Shown here piece after piece: positions 1-11,400 of a DNA stretch of 64,000 bases. The position numbers were made by a program, and so were the translations under genes. This DNA comes from Balanoglossus misakiensis (taxonomy: Eukaryota; Animalia; Hemichordata), in contig CM082584.2 of the NCBI GenBank assembly GCA_040954595.2, positions 3,255,344-3,319,343 on the forward strand. Direction: 5' to 3'. How positions within the stretch are numbered: position 1 is the first letter of the stretch; every line of letters begins with the position of its first letter. Below the pieces are notes generated by a model. It had not been told where the DNA came from. It did not search any database and saw nothing but the letters and a program-made list of their open reading frames with translations.

Positions 1-860
1 AATTTGACCCCATACTGGTCCATCTCCAACAAAAACCAGACCTGTAGCCCTATTGGTTTGCCTGGCATTGGGTATGCACATAATTAATGAATTAAGCAGG
101 TGTCACAAGTGGCTTCTTATTTTGGTTCCATCCACCCAAACACCTAAGCTGTACCTGCTCTGGATGCCGAGATATGCGAAAGTAGGTCAAAGGTCACCCA
201 TAATTTGGAGGAGAAAAAAATTGACCCTATACTGGTCCATATCCAACAAAAACCAGACCTGTAGTCCTTATCGGTTAGCCTGGAATTAGGTATGCACATA
301 ATTAGTGAGTTAAGCAGGTGTCACAGGTGACCCTTAAATTTGGGTTCTTATTTTGGTCCTGTGCTACACACTGGCCAATAATAGGACTATTGCACTGACC
401 AGAATTCTACAAAACGATGTGGCCATAAGTGGTATAAGTATAGGTATAGATTTCATAAAAAAATAATATAAAACAGTCGGTCGATTTTTCATATTATTTT
501 TTTCAGTTGGAACTGATTGTCGGAAGGTAGGCTGGCTGCACAAAAAATTGAAGCTGATCAGCCCAGCGGATGTTGAGATATTGGGCATAAATCAAACATC
601 CTAGGTGGCCATAGCTTAACAATGGAAAGTATATGGTCCAATGGTCATAAAAAATATGAAAAATAATGCTTTAAAAATCATCTTCTCAAAATCTACAAGG
701 ACTTGGACATTGAAATTTGGCATATAGGACCCTGGCCATATGGTCCACAAAGTTTGCTCACAGAATTTTGATTCGTCATTTTTATGCAAATGAGACCAAT
801 TTAAAAGTTTAAATCCAAGATGGCTGCCAGGTCATGTGACCTGTTGCCATAGTGACATGA
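1..860 (+). repeat. Partial copy of the modular HINE/Helentron-like repeat family seen at 8413-15214
   Basis: Same modules (ttgaccccatactggtcc, ctattggttagcctggaattaggtatgcacataattaatgag, agtaggtcaaaggtcacc). 340-850 parallels about 14320-14850. No 3' hairpin is seen. Confidence 0.8.
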
Positions 861-3159
861 TCAGAAAATTACTTGCTTTGAGTTTTACACATACGAAACA
901 TTTTATTTATCTTTGCTTATTTTTAATATCGAAATAAAACGAACAATTGAACTGAATTTTGTCGCCCTAAGAGGACTTTGTTTACAAGTTTAAAATAGTT
1001 CCGTTTGGTGACGTCAGAGGGATGGGTATTACAATAATGCTCGGTGCAAATTTACCTACGTCTGACGTCATACTATGGTATATGCGGAGCTATGTATGTG
1101 ATAAGTTGTTGTATGGTTATCGAAGGAAGGCGGTTACAGGACACACTCGTAGATGAAGTACACTGCACTGTTTGAGTGTTGACGGCTAGTCTGTGTTAAA
1201 TTTGGCAGTTCAGCGTAACTTCAACACTAAATAAACAACTAGCAGAAAAGTCTTCAAACTTCTAAATTTCTGGAAATGTTTTATTTGGTATTGTTATGAA
1301 ACAATTTTCGTTTATGAAGAATCAAATCTCAGCGACGCACGATAGCTTCTGATGAATGCGAAGACCCGTCAGCTGACAAGCAAATGCAGTCAAAACATAA
1401 CATTCAACATTGAAAACGGAACCGCGAGATGCATCGTGTGTCTGTCCTGTCACCTCGTCTGAGAAAACAATAACATTCTCGAGAGATAATAACACGAAAT
1501 CCAAAGTATCGTGATAACATTTCTTCATTTCTCCGATTCTATTTGGCTGCCGTGTAAACATTGCGTCCGTTTGACACTGACACAAACGTAGCATAACTCA
1601 GAGGTCAATATTTCGATTAAAAACAATGATTTTAACACTAACCTTCCTGTTCCACGATGTCTGCGGTTACTATGGCGCTCAAATCTCACGATATGTGCAA
1701 TTCTAAAGCCAACTGGGGTATTATTCCTGTCGTTTTAGCCACGAAAACTGGGCAGACGACACGACGCGAAACAGCTCGTTCACACTCAGTTGACATCGTG
1801 TGATTTCAGAGCGCGCGCAAACATACGAAAAATTGCTACAATGTTGTACGTAAATTAACTTGCGTTGGGTTTCGAGTGAAGTTTTTTACCTCACCAGACT
1901 CACCGGGTAACAAGGTTTTAAATAGTGTTAACAATACCCGTGGTCTTTTTGTGAATATGTAGAAAATCTCCAACAAAAGCGTTGAAATGTCGGCAATTTT
2001 AGATATAGGCCACTTTGAAAAATGATGTCTTTAGCGCTAAATTATGAATCTGAAGAATCAGGAATGATTGTACATTCAATTGATAAATTGTTTATATAAT
2101 TCTTTAAACCCCTTAACTGGTAATAATAATTAAATAAAGAATTATATAAAAATAATAATTTTAATAATAATAGGTCCGATTTCCACAAAAATTTCACCAT
2201 AAGGGTATCTTGGCTCAAAAAGAACAAAAATTACTGCATGTATTTTACTTTTAGCCTGTCATTTTATCAAATTTCATTATTGTATCTCTTTGACTGGCAT
2301 CTTGTTTGCTTGGTGGACTGTATTTTTCATTCAAGAAGCCATTACATTAAGGGAAAGCTGTTACACAGTAATATTCTGTATTAGTTTTTTTTTCCTTTTG
2401 TTTTACTATTAAACTCTGATAAAAGTGAATTGTGGTTACTAGGCAGTGGTTTGTCAGAATTGCTACTTAGAGTTTCTAAGTAGTTTTTCCTTCTTTCCTC
2501 CCCACAAAGCACACTTTTTAACATTGACAGCAAAGTCAGTCTTGTGAAACAAAATTTTGTAGATTTAAAAAAATAATCTGTGTGGGCCTTGAAGTGCATA
2601 TAGAAAATGTTTAAATACAAATCCTGGCACTACTGAAGACCCTGTCACTGATAAACACACATTAGAAAGCCACAAATGAGTTATTGTTAGAGGAAATGAA
2701 TGTAGACAGTGAGGATGATGAAATAGAAATAACTTTATAAGAGGAGGAAGAATATGATCGACCTGAAGAATATGTTGTAGAGTTGGAAAAAAGAGACGCA
2801 TATGAAAATAGTACTAGTGTATTTGAAAATAAACTGGATTCTGAGAACAGTGATGTAGAGTAAGCTCGAGCTCTGCATGCCCAGTACCTTGAAAACATGG
2901 TATTGGCAACACTGAAATCCCCCTCAATATATGTCAGTGTACCAGTAATTTACCATGTAAAACCATAAAACATGCATCAGGAATTCTGCACCAGATTGGA
3001 AAACTAGCAGCAAAATAACACCAAATACACTGAAATATGACTGCAAGTGCAATAATTCAATGTGTTTATTCATATAAAGAAATGTCCCACAACTGTTTGA
3101 ATCAACCGAGGAAAACGAACAAGAAGGATCAGAGCTACGCAGCTGTACCGTATGGATAT

Positions 3160-4267
3160 GCAGAAATGGTGGGAAATTAGCTTTACATTGATTGGATCAA
3201 CTAGATCCTGAATATCAAAGCCTTTGTCAGCTAGTATTGCGATCTCCTGGCTCAAATGAATTTTGCAATAGGCCACTTCTGATGGTCAATTCACGATCTG
3301 AAATGCTACCAGTGTACAGCTGTGAGACAAAGCTGATGTTACCAGCAGGACTGATTCCAATCAGACCTTTCAGTGTGTTTGTTGATTTATAATTTGAATA
3401 TGATTGAGATTTCAACATTAATGATGATGGCATTTCAATCTTTATTTCTGTTGCATCAATGATTATACGTGTATCAGCATATTTCTCTTTGAATGAATCT
3501 GGCATTGTGTTCACAACAACCTGCTTAGATGGCCATATATTTATGGTACCAAGTCGGAGATACAGAAAATTTGACCAGGACAGAACAATATTACTAACAG
3601 TGGTGACAGAAACTGAAAATCGATATGACTAATCACGCTCAAAAAGACCCAACCGTACCCTGCACGAAAAAAGAAAAAACTGATTTTGCACAGACAATTT
3701 CCGCGGTCTTCCAACCTTTGTTCCAGTCTGCTGGTGGGAACTTGCTGTCTGGCGAACATTTACGAGATTTTCACCATTTGGCCCAGGGTTTACATATTTT
3801 AGAAGGGAATTAAAAACATAAATATTAGGAAAACCTGTGTAAAAAGAAATATCACACTCTTTGATGTTCTGTATCGAAAATTCGGAGTTGCGAAGAGCAA
3901 TCTCCAGACGATGGTTCTCTACAGTTAATTGTTGGATTTTGTTTTTAAGTTCCTCCATTTCTTTGGCAATGATTTCAAAACGCGAGGAAGTTTCTTCATC
4001 AGCCCTTGCAACATCGGTTGATGCATCCCCAGATTCCAACTGCATCATGGTTGTCTGGTTCTCATCCGTTTTGCATAACCGCGAAAGTTGCAGAGCATTT
4101 AATGGCCGACTTGGCTTAGGCTGAGCTGTTATATGAGGAATATCTTCCCAACACTTAAAAACACACGGGACAGCCCCTGAATGAATCGTCCTCCTGCCAC
4201 TGAATTGGTGAAACTCAATATCATCTTCTCTGAAATGGAGGGAGCAAACAACTGTATGATTTCCAAC
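3160..4267 (-). pseudogene. THAP-domain DDE transposase of ISL2EU (PIF/Harbinger-related, DDE_Tnp_4) type, inactivated
   Basis: After a splice acceptor at 4268-4269 the frame reads VGNHTVVCSLHFREDD...GAVPCVF (THAP C-terminus), a coiled coil, FYTGF, GRPRKLSVQNQFFLF (HTH), IIDATEI, YSNYKSTNTLKGLIGISPAG, GSISD and ADKGF. There is an in-frame TAG at 3629-3631, a frameshift near 3240 and truncation near 3160. Confidence 0.85.
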
Positions 4268-4439
4268 CTGAAAAATAAAAAAAACAAATAAGCAATAGTA
4301 GAGGGATATATTTTAGATTTAGCATGTTTCCAAATACTTGATTTGTGTTGGAAAGTTACACAGTGGCTGTGACCTATATCTATATATGTACAACAATTAC
4401 ATAATGGAATTTTCATCTAATTCTTTAGACAGGAATATT

Positions 4440-5095
4440 TGATTTTTCATTTTTCATAACAGCAAGATGGTGCATGTTTAGGGCTTTAAACAAATCGCTT
4501 CCACAAATGTTCATTTTAAGAAATTTAAATACCTTTATAAGGGACTTGTCTTCATCACGTGAGCCTGGCCCTCTTTTCTGCATGCCAGGGCCGTTAGGCA
4601 TAGGACGGGGAGATTTCACGGCACAGCTTAGGCGTTTGCTCATTTTTTGCGGCTTTGAGGTAGACAGGTTCAAGGGACATAGCTTTAGGATAGGAACAGC
4701 CTAAAGACGGTTTGTCTGATGCACAGATACGCGCCTTAGGCAGGTGGAGGTCAGATGCTGGGTACATTAGGCAACCAGCATCTTGGTAACCAATTTTTTA
4801 GGCTTCTGGCTATCCAGGGCAGGGGATGGTGTTTTTAGGGTCCTTCCCTGGGGTGGTCTGGTCATTTTGGGTGGTGCGGCCACACCAGGGTGTGGTTTAT
4901 GGCGTTTTTAGGCCCACACTTTTGTGGGAGATTCTTTATGTACCTATTTTACAGTGTTTAGTGTTATGTTAATTTTCCTCACCAGTTGACCTTTGACCTA
5001 TACCTACCTTGTTGAGGTTTTGCTGTTTTATTGAGGCAGGCAACTGGCGAGGAATTTTTCATCATCTTTACACATTGTTAAATTTGCAATAAAGG
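4440..5095 (+). mobile_element. DIRS-type retrotransposon 3' fragment (tyrosine recombinase C-terminus and terminal region)
   Basis: GPLF...FTAQLRRLLIFCGFEVDRFKGHSFRIG (HxxR box), then DAQIRALGRWRSDA in a shifted frame; AATAAA near 5088. Confidence 0.75.
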
Positions 5096-5106
5096 GTCAA
5101 TATCTC

Positions 5107-6273
5107 TTGGCCGATCATAATATCCGCCCCGTCTTGACAACACTCGAGCAAGACGGTGGTAAACCAGATTGGAAGACAGTGTCATCTTGGTCTCCAGTCA
5201 CTAAAGCATATTGGAATATGTGGGATCAGTTGCGACTACGCAATGGCGTTTTGTACCGTAATTGGGAGTCTACAAGCATCAGTGATAGTCATCTACTGCT
5301 GATACTTCCCACATCACTAAAGCCGGAACATCACTCTTCGAAAACTGCAGGCCACTTTGGTGTCTTCAAAACCTGTGAGAAAGTCCGCCAGCGGTACTAT
5401 TGGTATGGACCCTCTATTGGTATGCCTCGCCGAAGAAGAGCTTCAAGCACCACCACAAAACCGGTGCCGACCTTGCGAAACTACGAAATTGACGAGGAAC
5501 AGCGGAGGGTGTGCACTGGTTGCCATCGAAAATTCCCGCACACCTACGAAGTTTATCAACATGTATGCACGGCCGACAACATAGTACGCCAGCGAGGCAA
5601 GAAACTAAAGAAAACGGCGGGTGGCAAAAAGTCCCCTGTACCGACGCTCCGTGAAGACGGGGATGCATTGAAGCCGGCAGAGGATGCCAGGAAGCAGGTG
5701 GGCGATGCCAAGGAGCGTCAGCGGGCTGGCGACAGAAACAGCGCTGCAGACGTGGGTATAACGTCTCCTTGCTGTTTAGAAGATGAATTCGGGATGGAGG
5801 GGGTCGATCCTTTGGCTGATCTGTACTCGATGGATTGCCCCCTGTTCACTGGTGAAAAAGTGGACACCACAGGTGAATCGCACCTGCGGAAGGAATGGCG
5901 ACTCATTCCACTGGAGGGTCAGCGCCGATACGACCCGAGGTTGACAGTCGATGGCCGAATCGATGGGCTCGTGCGGTTTCCGTCAGGGTCTCTTCTAACC
6001 CTGTCGGCCGAGGTCGTCGATCGAGTGGTGGAAACCTACTCTACTCTTTGGTTCAACGGAGACCAGCCGACAACCGAGGTGGTCACCCAGCGAGTCTACT
6101 ACATGCGTGGAAACGAGTTCGTCAACGGAGAGTTCGTGCCTGACCAAGGGAGAACGAGACCATGTCCAGCAAGAGTGAGAGCAGACCCAACTGAAGGTGC
6201 CCCAGGAAAACCAGCAGAGGTGAATTTGAAGACTGCCAAAAGAAAATTAGACTTTGACGGTACAGTTTATTGA
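5107..6273 (+). CDS. Chimeric 388-aa ORF: Gypsy integrase N-terminal fragment fused to a C2H2-like/unknown accessory ORF
   Basis: Integrase similarity stops at YYWYG. The remainder has CTGCHRKFPHTYEVYQHVC and no DDE core. Confidence 0.45.
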   Translation: MADHNIRPVLTTLEQDGGKPDWKTVSSWSPVTKAYWNMWDQLRLRNGVLYRNWESTSISDSHLLLILPTSLKPEHHSSKTAGHFGVFKTCEKVRQRYYWYGPSIGMPRRRRASSTTTKPVPTLRNYEIDEEQRRVCTGCHRKFPHTYEVYQHVCTADNIVRQRGKKLKKTAGGKKSPVPTLREDGDALKPAEDARKQVGDAKERQRAGDRNSAADVGITSPCCLEDEFGMEGVDPLADLYSMDCPLFTGEKVDTTGESHLRKEWRLIPLEGQRRYDPRLTVDGRIDGLVRFPSGSLLTLSAEVVDRVVETYSTLWFNGDQPTTEVVTQRVYYMRGNEFVNGEFVPDQGRTRPCPARVRADPTEGAPGKPAEVNLKTAKRKLDFDGTVY

Positions 6274-6510
6274 ACTTTGAAGATAGGACAGAAGCGATTG
6301 CGGTGTGAACGTATTTCATGTTGGACTTAGTTGTCGGATTTTGCAGGAAAACGCGAACATTCGTTAGATACGGACTTTGGACATTTTGTGAGTGAAATTA
6401 TTGTAGTTTTGTATTTTCCTGTATGGCTGCATTAGATTTTTGATATTCTGAATTTTTTGAATTCGCTTTGACTTTGGATGGACAGAACTTCAAAGTCCTA
6501 GTGGGGGCTA

Positions 6511-7056
6511 TGTGACGGAACGGTCGTTCACCATGGTGATATAACTTTTGATTGACGGGGCCGTCTGCCTCCACGTGGTAGACATGCATCTCTTTGGTAT
6601 ACTCAGCATTTGTAGGTCGAGCACATGACATTCGAAATAGGTCTCGACATGCGACATTACGTCATGTTCTAGGCGAAAAGGTCCCCAATTTCGTGTCACC
6701 TATTATTACTAGTATTTTAATTACTACCAGAAACGGCGCGAAATATGCTAATCAAAAGTTGGTAATTAGCCTAGTTTTGAGGGTTTTCAGTCAGTGTGGA
6801 CCAAGACTTCGTTAGAGACGGACCGGGTGGTAAGCAGCCCTTTTGATGTGCGATTATTCGATGTCTTCGTAATAAAGTTGAACTGTTGTAGTTCTAAAAG
6901 TATTTTGTTTGTATCGAGGTTGATGTTGTGGACTGTGGTTCGTTAAGCCCACGGATAGTACCACTCTCTCTCATAGTGCGACGCGAACCCAATTTATTTG
7001 GTAATCTGAGAGAAAAACTTAGTAGTTCTCCGAGTGTGAAAGGAGAGACTGTTACA
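6511..7056 (+). repeat. 3' LTR (546 bp)
   Basis: Begins TGTGAC directly after the PPT, ends GTTACA (TG...CA with a short inverted repeat), and has an internal AATAAA at 6871. Confidence 0.7.
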
Positions 7057-7919
7057 AATTATTTGCACGTTCGGTTTATCTCAACGTCACAGTGGCCAGG
7101 TCTAAGTGATGGTCTGATTCGGGTTATACTAAGCGTGATTTTTATTGACCCACTCCTCGCAGGTATTTACATGAATATAGTCAGACAGAAGAAAAGTCCG
7201 GCCCCTCCGAGCAGAGATGCTAAACCTAGTTTCAATCGGTCTCTACTCTATTCTCAATTATCTACACTTCTCAATCAATCGCCTACAGAAATACACTTCT
7301 ACTAATAATTTCGTCATTTCATGATTTACGGTCACGTGGTTCGACCTACGCTTCATCGATGTTGCATAATAGAGAGGTTTAGTTACACCTAAATACAGTC
7401 GCATCGATGACCCATATTAGGAGTTGCTTATTAGCATATGAATTAACATATCGTTGATATGTAGAACGCGATCTGACCAATGACGTGCCCGGAAAGCTGC
7501 GCCACTCACCCATTTCCCCGCCCTTTGTTATGAAAATCATGACCCTTTCGTTTCAAATGTAAATTTTGGGGTCAAATACGCTGTTTTGGGATATCCCGTC
7601 AATTAAAAACAAAAAAGTACGAGTCAAACTTGCTTCCGGGTCAATAAGCAGCCCGAACGCAACCACCCAACGATGAGGGCGTTTATTGGAAAAAGTCACG
7701 TGACTATTTTCAAAATGGTAGCTTATTTATGTTGTTGCGCTAACCTTCAGAAAACACGGGCGATTTTGTCCGATTGGAGAGTCTTTACCTTGAAATGACA
7801 ACAGTATCGATAAAACTAGAATCGTACGGATATGTTGGCAGATTATCGCGCCTTAAGCATGGTGGGATTGGGTTGTAGACGTTTTTTTCCCACGATCGAC
7901 CGTGAATGAAAAACGGAGG

Positions 7920-8285
7920 TATTGTGATGTTTTTCAAGTTTACCGACCCGTATCTCAAGAAATATTGGAGGTTGCACAATAATCTTCACACCGCAAGTTA
8001 GGTAATTTATCAGTCTAAAGCTGTGTGAAATTTGAAGTGTTTCGGACGTTTTATATAAAAGTGCTGCACTTTCTCGTGAACCCTTCATTTTCCGGTGAAC
8101 GCGAGTTATTGTGACATTTCTCAAGTTCACCTATCCGTCTTTTAAGAAATATTTAAGGTTGCCCGACAGTTTTTACATAGCGAGTTAGGTTATTTATCAA
8201 TCTAACGCTAGGCAAAATTTGAAGTGTTTCAGACGTTTTATAAAAAAGTGCGGCGCTTTCTTGTGAACCTTGCACTTTACGTGAC
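7920..8285. repeat. Diverged tandem duplication of about 187 bp
   Basis: attgtga...caagtt...aagaaatatt...aaatttgaagtgtttc.gacgtttta...gtgaacctt occurs at about 7920-8100 and again at about 8108-8285. Confidence 0.75.
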
Positions 8286-8412
8286 GCGGCTCGACTTCCA
8301 CGTTTCGTGCAGGCGCAGCCAGTGTACACGATGTGAAGTGAATCGCGCGATTTGTTTTGTCTGGTGACCATGGAACGAGCCACACTTTCTTGGATATAAT
8401 AAAAAAATAAAT

Positions 8413-11400
8413 TAAAGCTGCAAGCAGCGTTGGGGGGGCACAAGCAGTTCCCATGGTGACCAGCAAATGCCACGGCTGTATCTGCTGGAGATACCAAGAT
8501 ATGGGAAAGTAGGTCAAAGGTCACCTGAGGTCACCCCAAATTTCGGCAAAAAAATTGGACCCCATACTAGTCTAGATCCAACAAAAAAACAGACCCCTAG
8601 CCCTATTGGTTCACCTGCAATTAGGTATGCACATAATTAATGAGGTCTTGTGTAAGACTCCATTATGTGCTCAATACCCATAAAAGCCAGCGCTCTAACT
8701 GCTCTGGATGCTGAGATATGGGAAAGTAGATCAAAGGTCACCCAAGGTCACCCAAAATTAGGGCATCAAATTTTGACCCCAGAGTGGCCCATGTCCAACT
8801 AAAACCAGACCTCTAGCCCTATTGGTTAGCCTGGAATTAGATATGCAGAAAAATGATGTTTCAGAAATAGGTCAAGGGTCATTGCCAAAATTACAAAAAT
8901 ATTTGTGTCATGTCCTGGCAGCATTGGTACCCATGTCCACAAAATTCATGACTGTGGTGCTTTGACAAGAGGAGGTATGGGGAATATGCATATATAATTA
9001 GTTGTTTTAAAACTGGGTCAAAGGTCATGTGAAAATTGCCCCGAAAAATTGTGACAACTTCCGGTCATATGATGACTCATATCCAAAAAAAGAATTTCCG
9101 TGCTGTCAACATTTTGGCTACAAAACAGAATTTTCATTTTTCAATGGTTTTCCGAAAATCCAACATGGCCGCCATAATGATCGACCAATCACAGTGCGCT
9201 TCGCAAACTTGATAGACATAGGTTAGGTGACCACATACCCCGAATCCCGTGACTCGGCAATCGCTGGTTCTGGAGAAGAAGATTTTTAAAGTTTTAAGTA
9301 GTTTTTCAGAAAAACAATTGTAGCAAAAAAAACGGTATGTGTGACGTCATGATTTCAATTGGGTAAAATGATGGACGGAAGGTAGGCTACCTGCACACCA
9401 AATTTGAACTCAATCGGCCCAGTAGTTTTTGAGAAGGACTCGTTTAACGATTTTCAGGAAATCCAATATGGCCGCCAGGTCACGTGACTAATTAAATATT
9501 CACGATCCACTGCACGTCTACTCATTGGCCCCTATCACCCTATGAAGTTTCAGCCCCCTAGGTGCTGCGGTTTTCCAGATCTACCTGGCCGAATTTTGGG
9601 GAAGAAGAAGAAGAAGAAGAATAAAGAAGAATTAAAGCTGCAAGCAGCATTGTCCGGGCCCAAGCTCTATTATCTGATCTGATGCTAATATAGTGTTAAG
9701 TAGGTCAAAGGTCACCCGAGGTCACCCAACATTTGGGCAAAATATTTTGACCCCATACTGGTCCATGTATAACAAAAACAAAACCTCTAGGTCTATTGGT
9801 TCATCTGTAATTAGGTATATGCATATTTAATGAGGTCAGCAGAGGTCAAAGGGGTCATGAAAAGTAGCAAAATTTTTTGATCACATACAAATCCACATAC
9901 ATCAAAAACCAAACTTATAGCCCTATTGGTTAGCCTGGAATTAGATATGCAGAAAAATGATGCGTCAAAAGTAGGTCAAAGGTCATTGCCAAAATTACCA
10001 AAATATTTATAGGTTATTCTTGTCATATGATGATTCATATCCACAAAAAGAATTTCTGTGCTATCAATTTTTAGGCTAGAAAAGGAATTTTTACTTTTTA
10101 ATCGTTTTTCACAAAATCCAATATGGCCGCCATAATCTTCGACCAATCACATTCCCCTTCGCAAACTTGATAGACATCTGTTTAATGACCACACACACCA
10201 AATCTTGTGACTCTGTTATCGCCCGTTCTGGAGAAGAAGATTTTTGAAGTTTTACTATGGTTTTTCGAAAATCCAATATGGCCGCCATAATCTTCGACCA
10301 ATCACAATGATCTTCGCAAACTTGATAGACATCAGTTAGGTGACCACATACCCCAAACGGCGTGACTCGGTTATCGCCGGTTCTGGAGAAGAAGATTTTT
10401 GAAATTTTGACCAGATTTCAGAAAAACAACTGTAGCAAAAAAACTGCAACATTGACAGCAAAATATCCAATTACAAAAATGATGGGCAGAGGGTATACTA
10501 CCAGCACGCCAAATCTGAACTCGATCTGACTTGTAGTTTCTGAGATCTGAGATTTGCATTTTTTCAGAAAATCCAATATGGCCGCCATGTCACGTGACTA
10601 ATTAAGTATTCACAAGTCACTGCACATCTACTCATTGACCTTGACCACTGTAGCAAGTTTGAGAACTGTACCTGCAGCGGTGTCTGAGATCTAGAGCGCG
10701 AAAGAAGTGAACCAAGAATAAAGAAAGAAAGAAAGAAAAACCCCAACGAAACCAATACGGGCCCAAGCCTGGCTTGGCTTGGGCCCGTAATTAAAGCTGC
10801 AAGCAGCATTGTCCGGGCCCAAGCTCTATTATCTGATCTGATATTAGATATGCACATAATTAATGAGTAGAAACATAATGCTGTTCTATCCCATGAAATA
10901 TCAAGGTTATATCTATGTTTGGTGCTGATAAAGTGTTAAGTAGGTCAAAGGTCACCCAGAGATCACCCAACATTTGGGCAGAAAATTTTAACCCATAGTG
11001 GTCCATGTCCAACAAAAACCAGACCTCTAGCCCTTTTGGTTAGCCTGGAATTAGGTATGCACATAAATAATGCGTAAAGCAGGTGTCACAGGTGACCCAA
11101 AACTTTGGCTTTGGCTTTTCATTATGGCCCCATACATCCAAATGCCAAGGCTGTACCTGCTTTGGATGCCGAGATATGCAAAAGTAGGTCAAAGGTCATC
11201 TGAGGTCATCCAAAATTTGGGCAGAAAATTTTGACCCATAGTGGTCCATGTCCAACAAAAACCAGACCTCTAGCCCTTTTGGTTAGCCTATAATTAGGTA
11301 TGCACATAATTAATGAGTTAAGCAGGTGTCACAGGTGACCCAAAACTTTGGCTTTTCATTATGGCCCCATACCTCCAAACGCCAAGGCTGTATCTGCTGT

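Larger units (their letters stand above)
5107..7056 (+). mobile_element. Internally deleted Gypsy/Ty3 LTR retrotransposon, 3' part
   Basis: WDQLRLRNGVLYR...HHSSKTAGHFGVFKTCEKVRQRYYW is the integrase H2C2 region. It is followed by an extra ORF, a purine-rich tract (agtgggggcta, 6500-6510) and an LTR. Confidence 0.75.
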
